Positions 1-9,338 of a DNA stretch of 34,885 nucleotides are shown in pieces. Position numbers and translations under genes: made by a program. Source of the DNA: Kofleriaceae bacterium (GTDB taxonomy: Bacteria; Myxococcota_A; Polyangia; Haliangiales; Haliangiaceae). How positions within the stretch are numbered: position 1 is the first letter of the stretch; each line of letters starts with the position of its first letter. The notes under the pieces were generated by a model. It did not search any database and was not told the origin of the DNA. It was given only the letters and a program-made list of their open reading frames with translations. The stretch lies in the NCBI GenBank assembly GCA_046597055.1, contig JBKJLC010000015.1, positions 1 to 34,885 of the forward strand, read 5' to 3'.

Positions 1-303
1 CCCGAAGCGGTCGACGCCGACGGCGCGGTCACCTTCCTCTTCAACGCCAACCTGCTCGCCACCTCGGTCACCGCTGCCGACTTCGAAGTGGTCAACAGCA
101 CCGGCACCGTGGTTCCGACCACCGTGGTCGTCGACGACGAGAACGGCGACACCGACGCGGTTCGCATCAGCGCGGCGGCCCCGACCGGCTTCGCGGCCGG
201 CACCTACACCGCTCGCCTGAAGTCGGGCGCCGTGTTCACCGAGGTGAATGGCGGAATGCTCACCCTGACCGCGAACAACGATGTTCGCTTTGTCGTCGAG
301 TAA
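1..303 (+). CDS. 3' end of a protein with a bacterial Ig-like (Big_5/SbsA-type) domain, truncated by the window edge
   Basis: Frame 1 is open from base 1 (PEAVDADGAVTFLFNANLLATSVTAADFEVVNSTG...GTYTARLKSGAVFTE...VRFVVE*). The beta-rich 'TFLFN...SVT...F.V' and 'GTYT' pattern is typical of Ig-like domains. The stop lies 13 nt before the next gene. Confidence 0.6.
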   Translation, partial: PEAVDADGAVTFLFNANLLATSVTAADFEVVNSTGTVVPTTVVVDDENGDTDAVRISAAAPTGFAAGTYTARLKSGAVFTEVNGGMLTLTANNDVRFVVE

Positions 304-316
304 AGGAGACCGCACC

Positions 317-3300
317 ATGAAGCGCATTGGTATTTCATTAGCAATGGCGGTGGGGCTCCTCGCCGGCGTTGGCGTGGTCCACGTCGACACCGCGGCGGCG
401 CAGAGCAACACCACCGGCGCCGTCCGCGGCCGGGTCATCGACAAGGGGACCAAGGAGGCCGTCATCGGCGCCACCGTGGTCGTCCAGGGACCGGCCCTCC
501 AGGGGCAGCAGGCCGAGATCTCCGACGAGAATGGCTCGTTCCAGATCTCGAGCCTTCCGCCTGGCGTTTACACGCTGACCATCTTCTACAACGACGCGCA
601 GTTCAGCCGGCCCAACGTCATCATCGAGGTCGGCAAGCAGGCCTTCGTGAGCGTCCGCATCGACACCACGGTGACCACCACCGAGGTCATCGAGCTCGAG
701 GGCCGCGCGCCGATCGTCGACCAGGGCTCGACCAAGACCGGCACGACGATCACCGACGAGTACACCACTCGCATCCCGACCGGCCGTACCTTCGGCGCCG
801 TGCTCGGCACCGCCGCCGGCACCCAGGGCGACCAGTACGGCGTGTCGTTCAGCGGATCGACGTCGTCGGAGAGCACGTACATCATCGAGGGTATCAACAC
901 CACCGATACCGCGTTCGGCGGCCAGTCGACCAACCTCCCCAACGAGTTCGTCGAGGAGACTGAGGTCATCGCCGGTGGTTACAACGCCGAGTTCGGTCGC
1001 TCGACGGGTGGCGTGATCAACGTCGTCACCAAGCAGGGCTCGAACAAGCTCAAGGGCTCGATCTTCGGCTACTACACCCCCGGTTCGCTGGCCGCTGACG
1101 CCAAGCTGATCGCGCGTGAGGGCAGCGCCATCGGCTCCGAGCTGAACCTCGACTACGGTGCGGATCTTGGCTTCGAGGTCGGCGGGCCGATCATCAAGGA
1201 CAAGCTCTGGTTCCACGTCGGTTACAACCCCTCGTTCACCGGCGACACCCTCGACCGCATCACCTCGCGTCAGACCGACAACGTCGATGAGAATGGCAAC
1301 AGTGTCCTCGACAGTTGCGAGGACGACGCGAACATGAACGACATCGCCGATCCGGACGAGCAGGTCCGCGGCGACTGCATTCCTGACCGCACCGAGGAGA
1401 CCGGCCTGCTCGTGCAGGAGGAGGTCGCGCGGCTGTCGCGCGCGCGGTTCCGGCAGACGCACTTCTTCACTGGCAAGATCAACGGCGCGGTCTCCGAGAA
1501 CCACCAGTTCCAGGTCTCGGGCTTCGGTAACCCGCGCTCGTTCGACAAGGACTTCTTCCGTCTGACTGGTGATCCGAGCTCTACGCTCTACAAGCTGGAG
1601 GACGGCGCCTACGACGTCTCCACCAAGTGGACGTCCAAGTTCAACGACAACAAGACCCAGGTCGACATCGTTGCCGGCTACCACCTCGGCTACAACAACG
1701 AGGATCCGTACTTCGAGGGTGGCGCAGGCGCTGCGGCCATGCAGTTCACGAACATCCGCTCGCTCGGCGACCTCTCCAGCGGAGAGATCGGGTACGACCC
1801 GCGGTGCACGGACAGCTCGGACGCGATGCTGGATAACTTCCCGGGCATCCAGAACTGCCCGGTGCAGGGCTACACCACGAACGGTCTCGGCTTCCTCGAG
1901 CGCCGCGAGAACGCCCGCAGCTCGGTCAACGTTGCCCTGACCCAGCGTGTGAAGGCCCTCGGCCAGCATGCGTTCAAGCTCGGCGCTGACGTCGAGTTGA
2001 CCACCTACGACTCGACGCGCAGCTTCACGGGTGACACCGCTTACTCGTGGCGCCGTCAGGTCGCCGGTGGACCGCGCAAGTGGCGGCGCCGGTCCCTCAT
2101 CAAGCTGGACCCCACCGGTGCCCTCGATTGCCTCGGCGACGAGAAGTGCTCGAAGGCCGTTGGCGGCTATACGGCGGAGACGAACAACCGGAACCTGGGC
2201 CTGTATCTGCAGGATTCTTGGCAAATCCGCCCCAACCTGACTCTCAACGCCGGCGTGCGCTGGGAGAAGCAGACCGCGTACGTCGCGGACGGACTCGGTG
2301 GCAACCTGTCGCCCGACGGCGAGATCATCCCCGACGTCGCGTTCGACCTCTCGAACATGATCGCGCCGCGCATCGGCTTGATCTGGGACCCGACACAGGA
2401 GGGCCGCGCCAAGCTGTTTGGCCACTGGGGTCGCTTCTACGAGTCAGTGCCGATGGACATCAACGTCCGCGCGTTCGGCGGCGAGATTCAGGACCAGTCC
2501 TTCCTCGAGTGCCCCGATGCCGGGATCAACGCGAGCCAGGCGACGCTCGACGCGTGCCAGACCTTCAGCGGCACGTCGGTCCTCGGTGGCGGCACCGAGT
2601 ACGTCGCGCCTTCGATGAAGGGCCAGTACATCCAGGAGCTCATCCTCGGCGTCGAGTACGAGCTCATGGCCGACTTCAAGATGGGCGTCAACTTCGTCGC
2701 TCGTAACCTGCCGGTCGCGATCGAAGACGTCTCGACGGACGGCGGTAACCATTACCTGATCGCCAACCCGGGCGAGGACTTCAGCGCCGACGCCGACCAG
2801 CTCCGCATGGACGCCGAGGCAATCCGCGCGACCAACCCCGACCTCGCCGACCTTTACGATTCGCGCGCGACGCAGCTCGACAGCGTGGGCGACTTCGACA
2901 AGCCCGTCCGCGACTACCAGGCACTGCAGGTGACGGCGCAGCAGCGCTTCTCCAAGAACGCGCTCCTGCTGGCGTCGTACACCTACTCGCGGAGCAAGGG
3001 TAACTACCCCGGTCTGTTCTCGACGGAGACTGGCCAGCTCGACCCGAACCTGACCTCGCTGTACGACCTCCCCGAGCTGATGTCGAACCGCTACGGCGCG
3101 CTCGGCCTCGACCGGCCGCACCTGGTCAAGATCGACGGCTTCTACCAGTTCGACCTCAAGGCGGCCGGCATCATCATCCTCGGCGGCAGCTTCCGTGGTC
3201 AGTCGGGCATCGCGCACAACACGCTGGGTGCGCACCCGGTGTACGGCGCGGACGAGAGCTACCTGCTGCCGCGCGGCGTGGCGCCGCGCTCGCCCTTCAC

Positions 3301-3589
3301 GATGACGACCGACGTCAAGTTCACCTACGGCCGCAAGCTGGGCGGCGCGCAGACCCTCGAGGCGTTCGTCGACATCTTCAACCTGTTCAACGCCCAGGAC
3401 GAGACTGACGCCGACGAGACCTACACGGCCGAGTTCCTCGACCCGATCGTCGGTGGCGACCAGAGCGACCTCAAGCACATCAAGCTCAATGGCTCGGGCA
3501 CGACCCCGGAGCTCAACAAGAACTACCTCAACCTGAACGCCCGCCAGGCTCCCCTGTCGATGCGCTTCGGCGTCCGGTACACGTTCTGA
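317..3589 (+). CDS. TonB-dependent outer-membrane receptor, Oar-like (carboxypeptidase-regulatory-like N-domain, plug, beta-barrel)
   Basis: AGGAG at 304-308 precedes ATG 317. Signal peptide ends AAA-Q; N-domain TTGAVRGRVID...LPPGVYTL; plug motifs YIIEGINTTD and GGYNAEFGRSTGGVINVVTKQGSN; barrel motifs YLQDSWQIRPNLTLNAGVRWE and APRIGLIWD; C-terminal RFGVRYTF with terminal Phe. Confidence 0.92.
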   Translation: MKRIGISLAMAVGLLAGVGVVHVDTAAAQSNTTGAVRGRVIDKGTKEAVIGATVVVQGPALQGQQAEISDENGSFQISSLPPGVYTLTIFYNDAQFSRPNVIIEVGKQAFVSVRIDTTVTTTEVIELEGRAPIVDQGSTKTGTTITDEYTTRIPTGRTFGAVLGTAAGTQGDQYGVSFSGSTSSESTYIIEGINTTDTAFGGQSTNLPNEFVEETEVIAGGYNAEFGRSTGGVINVVTKQGSNKLKGSIFGYYTPGSLAADAKLIAREGSAIGSELNLDYGADLGFEVGGPIIKDKLWFHVGYNPSFTGDTLDRITSRQTDNVDENGNSVLDSCEDDANMNDIADPDEQVRGDCIPDRTEETGLLVQEEVARLSRARFRQTHFFTGKINGAVSENHQFQVSGFGNPRSFDKDFFRLTGDPSSTLYKLEDGAYDVSTKWTSKFNDNKTQVDIVAGYHLGYNNEDPYFEGGAGAAAMQFTNIRSLGDLSSGEIGYDPRCTDSSDAMLDNFPGIQNCPVQGYTTNGLGFLERRENARSSVNVALTQRVKALGQHAFKLGADVELTTYDSTRSFTGDTAYSWRRQVAGGPRKWRRRSLIKLDPTGALDCLGDEKCSKAVGGYTAETNNRNLGLYLQDSWQIRPNLTLNAGVRWEKQTAYVADGLGGNLSPDGEIIPDVAFDLSNMIAPRIGLIWDPTQEGRAKLFGHWGRFYESVPMDINVRAFGGEIQDQSFLECPDAGINASQATLDACQTFSGTSVLGGGTEYVAPSMKGQYIQELILGVEYELMADFKMGVNFVARNLPVAIEDVSTDGGNHYLIANPGEDFSADADQLRMDAEAIRATNPDLADLYDSRATQLDSVGDFDKPVRDYQALQVTAQQRFSKNALLLASYTYSRSKGNYPGLFSTETGQLDPNLTSLYDLPELMSNRYGALGLDRPHLVKIDGFYQFDLKAAGIIILGGSFRGQSGIAHNTLGAHPVYGADESYLLPRGVAPRSPFTMTTDVKFTYGRKLGGAQTLEAFVDIFNLFNAQDETDADETYTAEFLDPIVGGDQSDLKHIKLNGSGTTPELNKNYLNLNARQAPLSMRFGVRYTF

Positions 3590-3612
3590 GCTGACGCGCT
3601 TCTGATGTTCTG

Positions 3613-3649
3613 ACGGCGGAGGCTTGAACCCCTCCGCTGTTTGTATTTT
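3613..3649 (+). terminator. Rho-independent terminator after the Oar-like gene
   Basis: Stem ACGGCGGAGG (3613-3622) pairs with CCTCCGCTGT (3631-3640) with one G-U pair and an 8-nt loop, followed by TTGTATTTT; it starts 23 nt after the stop codon. Confidence 0.8.
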
Positions 3650-3750
3650 CGGGTGGTTGCGTCCCGAGAACGTCTCCGGCTGAGGCATCGACGCCCGTCC
3701 TATGCCCGTGCGCTAGATCGGCCTGCGCCCTGGCGCGTCTGGAAGCGACC

Positions 3751-4785
3751 ATGAGCCTGTCGCTCCGGTTCGACGATCACCCTGGTTACCACCGCTCCTT
3801 CCTCGCCATGACGGCGGGCGCCGCGCTGGGGGGAGGGGTGGCGACGCTGGCCGGGCTGAGCGCCGGGCCCTGGGTCGGGGGCCTGGTGGGTGTGGCGGCG
3901 GGGCTGTCCTGGGTGGATCGGCCGCGCCGCGCGTGGCTGATGGGTGCGCGGCTGACCGCGGCCGCGGTCGGGTTGGCGGCGGTCTCGATCGGGGCCGGGC
4001 CCTGGGGGCTCGCCTTGGCGCTCGGCGTCGGGCTGGCGGTCGGGGCCACCGCGCGCCGGGCCTTGCTGGTCCTGGCGGCCGGCGTGGTGACCGGGCTGTG
4101 GGCGGGATGGGCCGCGTCGACGGTCGTGGCGGCGCAGGCGCTGACGTCGCTGCCGGGCTGGGTCACCGGCGCGCTGGCGGCCACCGGGATCGGCCTGGCT
4201 GCGGGCCTGGCTCGGTCGCTTCGTCACGTCGCGGTCGCGGTCGATCCGGTGGCCGCTGCCTATCGCGCGCTGCCGCCGCTGTCGGGCGAGGCCCGCGACC
4301 TGGTGGACCGCGGGCGCTCGATCTGGGTCGCGAGCGCGAGCCTCAGCCTGCCCGGCGACGAGAACGGTGATCTGGTGAAGGACGGCGTGCTGAAGCTGTT
4401 CGGCGTCGCCAGCAAGCTGGCGGCGAATCCGGCGATCGATCCGACCGACATCGACCGCCGCATCACCGAGGTCGAGGCGCGGATCGAGGCGTGTACCGAC
4501 GCGGTCGCGCGCGAGCAGTACAAGGATGCTCGGGGTGCGCTGGTCGATCAGCGCCGCTACGCGGACCGGGTCGGCACCGCGCGCGAGCGCATCATCGCGC
4601 GCATGCACCACTGCGTCGCGACGCTCGAGAAGTTCCGCATGGCGTGCGCGCAGCTCGACGCCACCGCGGCCGCCCGCGAGGCTGCCGACGCGCGGTCGGC
4701 GATGAGCGTCCTCGGGGATCTCGGCGACGGCCTCGCGATCGTCGGCGAGCCGCCCGCGCTGCCCGCGGCGGCGCCCCCCGGGTAG
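3751..4785 (+). CDS. Hypothetical membrane protein (N-terminal multi-TM region, C-terminal helical/coiled-coil domain)
   Basis: 344-aa ORF with GC3-biased codons. Gly/Ala/Leu-rich hydrophobic segments fill the first ~155 aa, followed by a charged helical region (DRRITEVEARIEACTDAVAREQYKDARGALVDQRR). Confidence 0.7.
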   Translation: MSLSLRFDDHPGYHRSFLAMTAGAALGGGVATLAGLSAGPWVGGLVGVAAGLSWVDRPRRAWLMGARLTAAAVGLAAVSIGAGPWGLALALGVGLAVGATARRALLVLAAGVVTGLWAGWAASTVVAAQALTSLPGWVTGALAATGIGLAAGLARSLRHVAVAVDPVAAAYRALPPLSGEARDLVDRGRSIWVASASLSLPGDENGDLVKDGVLKLFGVASKLAANPAIDPTDIDRRITEVEARIEACTDAVAREQYKDARGALVDQRRYADRVGTARERIIARMHHCVATLEKFRMACAQLDATAAAREAADARSAMSVLGDLGDGLAIVGEPPALPAAAPPG

Positions 4786-4932
4786 CCGCGAGCGCGCCGG
4801 CCGTACCACGGGTCCATCGGTCGCGACGGTGCGATGCGCGAGGTCGCGCGCCGCGAACCCATGGGAGCGCGGGCCGGTGCCGCCCGCCGGGCGGTGGTAG
4901 GCTCACGTCCACCGTCACCGAAGGAGGTCCTC

Positions 4933-5874
4933 GTGCGCCGCACCCTGCGCTCCGCCGCTGTCCGCTGGTTCCTGGGCGCCGCCGCCCTCGCGATCCCCGC
5001 CACCGCTGTCGTCGCGCCGTCACCGGCCTGGGCCGACGGCGCGGCCTCCGCCCACTACAAGCAAGGGCTCGCGTTCAAGAGCCAGGGCAAGGACGACGAG
5101 GCGATCGCCTCGCTCGAAAAGGCGGTCGCCGCCGATCCCCGCCACGGCATGGCGTGGGCCTCGCTCGGCCACCTCTACAAGAAGCGCAAGGACTACCCGA
5201 AGGCGGTCGACGCCTACGAGAAGGCGTCCCAGATCATCACCAAGGACGCGGTGGTGTGGGCCAACCTGGGCATGGCCTACTACCGCGTCGACCGGATCGA
5301 CGACGCGCTGGCGGCGCTCGAGAAGGCGTGTCGGCTCGATCCCAAGGACGCCGAGACCCGCTCGAACATCGGGGTCATCCGGCGCAAGAAGGGCGATCAC
5401 GCCGGCGCGGTCGTCCAGCTGAAGTGGGCGGTGAAGCTCGCGCCGGGCGAGGCGACCTATCACAACAACCTCGGGGTCGCGCTGCGCGGCGCCGATCGGC
5501 TCGACGAGGCCGCGGTCGCGTTCAACCGCGCCATCGAGCTCGCGCCCAACCAGGCCGAGTACCACTTCAACGCCGGCGTCGTGTTCCGCCGGCAGGAGGA
5601 GGTCGACAAGGCGATCGCGGCCTACGAGAAGGCGGTGACGCTCGACCCGAGCGCGGCCGACGCCTGGTACGACCTGGGCCACATGTACAAGCTCGACCAC
5701 GACAACGCCAAGGCGGTCGAGGCGTTCAACACCTTCCTCGAGCTGAACAAGGGCAAGGACGGCGAGGCGCAGAAGGCGATCGAGGGTGAGGTCGAGGCGC
5801 TCGGCGGCAAGCCGGTCACCGCGGGCACGCCGAAGAAGGCGCCGCCCAAGCCCAAGAAGAAGGGTACGAAGTAG
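4933..5874 (+). CDS. Secreted tetratricopeptide-repeat protein
   Basis: AAGGAGG at 4921-4927 precedes GTG 4933. Signal peptide ends PAWA-D; about 7 TPR units (AWASLGHLY, VWANLGMAY, YHNNLGVAL, YHFNAGVVF, AWYDLGHMY); Lys/Pro-rich tail. Confidence 0.88.
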   Translation: MRRTLRSAAVRWFLGAAALAIPATAVVAPSPAWADGAASAHYKQGLAFKSQGKDDEAIASLEKAVAADPRHGMAWASLGHLYKKRKDYPKAVDAYEKASQIITKDAVVWANLGMAYYRVDRIDDALAALEKACRLDPKDAETRSNIGVIRRKKGDHAGAVVQLKWAVKLAPGEATYHNNLGVALRGADRLDEAAVAFNRAIELAPNQAEYHFNAGVVFRRQEEVDKAIAAYEKAVTLDPSAADAWYDLGHMYKLDHDNAKAVEAFNTFLELNKGKDGEAQKAIEGEVEALGGKPVTAGTPKKAPPKPKKKGTK

Positions 5875-5983
5875 CCGACGCTCGGGGCGGTCGGTCGTCC
5901 GATCGCCGGACGCAGGAAGCCGCAACCGCGCGCCACGCCCGAGCGGCGAGGCGGTGATTCGGACGACATTTTGATCGACCCTC

Positions 5984-7384
5984 TCAGTCGAGGGCGGCGA
6001 GGGCGGCGGCGAGGCGATCGACCGGGATGAGCTCGAGGCCGAGGTCGGACTCGAGCCGGGCCCGGTTCTGCGCGGGCAGGATGCAGCGGCGGAAGCCGAG
6101 CTTCTTGGCCTCGGCCAGGCGCAGCTCGGCGAGCTGGACCGCGCGGACCTCGCCGGCGAGCCCGACCTCGCCGAACACGACGGTGTGGGCGTCGATCGCG
6201 CGGCCGCGGTGCGAGGACGCCAGCGCGCACGCGATGCCGAGATCGATCGCGGGCTCGGCCAGGCGGAGGCCGCCGGCGACGTTGACGAAGACGTCCTGGC
6301 CGAGGATGTCGTAGCCGGCGCGCTGGGCGAGGACCGCGAGGAGCAGCGCGACCCGGTTGGCATCGACGCCGGCGACGGTGCGGCGGCCGAAGCCAGCCGT
6401 GGCCGGCGCGACCAGGGCCTGGACCTCGACCAGGAGCGGCCGGTTGCCGTCGGCCGAGGCCACCACCACCGAGCCGGGCGCGCCCTTGGGACGCTCGGCG
6501 AGCAGCAGGGCGGAGGGCTCGGGCACCTCGAGCATGCCGGCGCCGCGCATCTCGAAGACGCCGATCTCCTGGGTCGAGCCGAAGCGGTTCTTGTGGGCGC
6601 GGACCAGGCGGTACGGGCTGCCGCCGTCGCCCTCGACCTGGAGCACCACGTCGACCAGGTGCTCGAGCGTCTTGGGCCCGGCCAGCGAGCCGTCCTTGGT
6701 GACATGGCCGACCACGATGACCGGCACCCCGGTGGTCTTCGCGTAGCGCATCAGGCGCCCAGCACACTCGCGGACCTGACCGACCGAGCCCGGGATCGAG
6801 TCGAGCTCGCTGGTGTAGACGGTCTGGATCGAGTCGACCGCGAGCACGGTCGGCGGGGTCGCGCGCGCGTGGCCGAGGATCACGTCGACGTCGGTCTCGG
6901 CGCACAGCCGCAGGGTCGGCGTGGCCGCGCCGATCCGACGCGCGCGCATCGCGGTCTGCGCGACCGACTCCTCGCCGGTGGCGTAGAGGACGTTGCCACC
7001 GCCGGCGCCGCGATCGCGCTGGGTGATCAGGCCGGCCAGGAGCTGGAGCAGGAGGGTCGACTTGCCGATGCCGGGCTCGCCGCCGAGCAGGACCAGCGCG
7101 CCGGGCACCAGCCCGCCGCCGAGCACGCGATCGAGCTCGGCGATGCCGGTCGCCAGCCGCGAGCGCGCGTCCAGCTCGATGACCTCGGTCGCCGGGACCG
7201 GGGCCGCGCCGTCGGAGACCAGGGCTGACGACACCCGGGGCGGAGCGCCACCCTGGAGCTCCTCGACCAGCGTGCCGAACTCGCTACAGGCGGGGCACTT
7301 GCCGAGCCAGCGGGCCTCGACGTGCCCGCAGCTCTGGCACCGGTGGACCGTGCGCGGCCCCTTGCCCTTCGCCTTGACGGTCAC
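5984..7384 (-). CDS. radA: DNA repair protein RadA/Sms
   Basis: N-terminal C4 zinc finger (CQSCG...WLGKCPAC), Walker A GGEPGIGKST, Walker B VDSIQT, GHVTKDGSLAGPKTLEHLVD, KNRFG signature and C-terminal Lon-like domain (FGEVGLAGEVR). Confidence 0.97.
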   Translation of the reverse strand: MTVKAKGKGPRTVHRCQSCGHVEARWLGKCPACSEFGTLVEELQGGAPPRVSSALVSDGAAPVPATEVIELDARSRLATGIAELDRVLGGGLVPGALVLLGGEPGIGKSTLLLQLLAGLITQRDRGAGGGNVLYATGEESVAQTAMRARRIGAATPTLRLCAETDVDVILGHARATPPTVLAVDSIQTVYTSELDSIPGSVGQVRECAGRLMRYAKTTGVPVIVVGHVTKDGSLAGPKTLEHLVDVVLQVEGDGGSPYRLVRAHKNRFGSTQEIGVFEMRGAGMLEVPEPSALLLAERPKGAPGSVVVASADGNRPLLVEVQALVAPATAGFGRRTVAGVDANRVALLLAVLAQRAGYDILGQDVFVNVAGGLRLAEPAIDLGIACALASSHRGRAIDAHTVVFGEVGLAGEVRAVQLAELRLAEAKKLGFRRCILPAQNRARLESDLGLELIPVDRLAAALAALD

Positions 7385-7399
7385 CGGCGCGGGTCCGGA

Positions 7400-9172
7400 T
7401 CAGAACTCGACGCCGAGCCGGATCTGGAACGTGTGCGCGTTGGAGGCGTCGCCGGTGTTGCCTTCGCCGAACACGGGCTCGGTCGGCGAGCCGTCCTGCA
7501 GCAGGTTGGCCGGGTGGTTCATCGCGCCGAGCGGGAAGAAGCCACCGTAGGCGAGGCCGGCGGTGAAGCCGTTGCCGCGGTACGCGATGTCGGCGTCGAG
7601 CTCGAGGCCCCACAGCGCGTCGTTGCCCGGGGTCGCGATCGGCCGGACCGCCATCGCGGTGACGTTCTGGCCGTGGAACGTGATCGAGTTGGTGAGCTGG
7701 TAGCTCACCCACGGCCGCACGTAGGCGGAGTTGGTGACCGTGCCGAGCAGCTCGCGGAACAGGATCAGGTCGAGCTTGTACTCGGGGTTGAACCGGAACC
7801 GGCGGATGGTGTCCTCGCCCGGGCCGGGCAGGACGCCGAGGTTGCGCACGTGGGTGCGGCCCTGCACCGCCGACTCGGAGGCGTCGCCACTGGCTGCGCC
7901 CACCTCGACGCCGAAGCCGAGCTTGTCCTCGAGCGCCTTGGCCGAGACCCGGGCGATGCCGCCCAAGGTCAGGATGTCGAGCGCGCCGTCGCGGCCGAGC
8001 GGCGCCGCGTTGCCGATCGAGCCGACCTCGACCGCGCCCTCGGCCTCGAGGAGCAGCTTCTTCCAGCCGAGCTTGAGCCAGGTCGACGCGAGGTAGCTCG
8101 CCTGGTCGATCGGCACCGCGGTCGGCGGGTCACCGGCGACCGTGGGGTCGCTGTAGGCCCAGTTGACCGTGGTGCGCTGCACGCGGGCCGCGACGTTGAC
8201 CGCGACGTTGCCGCGGGCGAGCCGGTCGGCGAACTCGGTCGGCGCGTCGATGCGCGCGATCGACACCATCCACTGGTTGATGTCGTCGTTGTCGTCGCGG
8301 TCGTGGTCCTGGCCGGTCGGATAAGCGGTGGTCGAGACCTGACCGCCCCAGTCGAGGGCGGCGGCCGCGCGCAGCGGCGTGCCGGGGATCATCGCGGTGA
8401 ACATCACGCGATCGACGGTCGAGCCTTGGTCGGCGTCGAGGTCGTAGTCGACCGGGTTGTCGCCGCCGATGTTGGCCAGGTTGCCCGGCTGCCACAGCGT
8501 CTCCCAGCTCGCGTAGTCGGTGTTGGCGCGGCGGCCAGAGTTCCAGATCATGCCGAGGCCGAAGTGGTCGGGCATCCGACCGAACTTCAGGTAGCCGAGC
8601 GCGGTCGAGACCTCGGCCCAGGCGCGGTTGGCCTTGATCGTCGGCTCGTCGGGGTTGGCCGCGAGCGAGCCCAGCACGTAGTTGTCGAACACGTCGACCT
8701 GGCTGTGGACGGAGATCGTCTCGCTCAGCTGCATCGTCGGCTCGAGCCGCATCCGCATGTTCGCGGTCTTGATCGAGTCGCTGCAGGGCGCGCCCGCGGT
8801 GGCCTGGGCGCAGTTCGACGGCGGCGGGAACGGCGCGCCGCCGAGGTCGGCCGAATCGTTATGGCCGAGGTGCAGGTTCTTGAACCAGTCGGCACGGGTC
8901 CGCATGTAGCCGTCGATCGAGACGACCTCGAACTTCTTGCGGCGGTCGCGCGGCGGCGGCAGCGTCGGGGTGGTGGTCAGGAGGCCCACCGCCTTGGGGG
9001 CGGCCTCGGCGATCCCCTCCGGCTTGGGCTCCTCCTCACCGGCCCCGCCGGGGCCGCCGGTAGGCATCGGGCTCGGCTGGGCCAGCGCGGTGCCAGTGCC
9101 CGAGACGAAGAGAGCGCCGGAGAGGAGCGCGGCGAGTCCGGATCCGGACGAGGCGAGGTGGCGTGGGTGCAT
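7400..9172 (-). CDS. Outer-membrane beta-barrel protein, myxobacterial TIGR04551-like family
   Basis: Signal peptide ends ALA-Q; motifs GYMRTRADWF, ANMRMRLEP, GYLKFGRMPDHFGLGMIWNSG and FRFNPEYKLDLILFRELLGTVTN; C-terminal FQIRLGVEF beta-signal. The family name is from recollection of these motifs. Confidence 0.75.
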   Translation of the reverse strand: MHPRHLASSGSGLAALLSGALFVSGTGTALAQPSPMPTGGPGGAGEEEPKPEGIAEAAPKAVGLLTTTPTLPPPRDRRKKFEVVSIDGYMRTRADWFKNLHLGHNDSADLGGAPFPPPSNCAQATAGAPCSDSIKTANMRMRLEPTMQLSETISVHSQVDVFDNYVLGSLAANPDEPTIKANRAWAEVSTALGYLKFGRMPDHFGLGMIWNSGRRANTDYASWETLWQPGNLANIGGDNPVDYDLDADQGSTVDRVMFTAMIPGTPLRAAAALDWGGQVSTTAYPTGQDHDRDDNDDINQWMVSIARIDAPTEFADRLARGNVAVNVAARVQRTTVNWAYSDPTVAGDPPTAVPIDQASYLASTWLKLGWKKLLLEAEGAVEVGSIGNAAPLGRDGALDILTLGGIARVSAKALEDKLGFGVEVGAASGDASESAVQGRTHVRNLGVLPGPGEDTIRRFRFNPEYKLDLILFRELLGTVTNSAYVRPWVSYQLTNSITFHGQNVTAMAVRPIATPGNDALWGLELDADIAYRGNGFTAGLAYGGFFPLGAMNHPANLLQDGSPTEPVFGEGNTGDASNAHTFQIRLGVEF

Positions 9173-9220
9173 CCTGAGCTCGCGAAATATTGAAGAGTTT
9201 CAGCGGAGTAAAGCCGGCGG

Positions 9221-9250
9221 ACTATAGGGGGACGTTTCGACCGCCGTCAA
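9221..9250 (-). promoter_or_regulatory. Putative sigma70-type promoter for the beta-barrel/radA operon
   Basis: The minus strand reads TTGACG-N18-TATAGT (5/6 match to both TTGACA and TATAAT), 48 nt upstream of ATG 9172, in a locally AT-richer intergenic region. Confidence 0.6.
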
Positions 9251-9338
9251 CGCCTGGGCCGGCGCTTTGCGACGTGAAGCATCCTCGGCGACGTCATCAA
9301 ACTCGCGGGGTCCGAACCGGTGGCGTAGGGTTCATGCG

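Noticed and set aside
3751..5874. Membrane protein plus TPR protein as a defence or toxin-antitoxin module
   Set aside because: No nuclease, NTPase or toxin motifs are visible, and the genes are separated by about 150 nt with a separate RBS.
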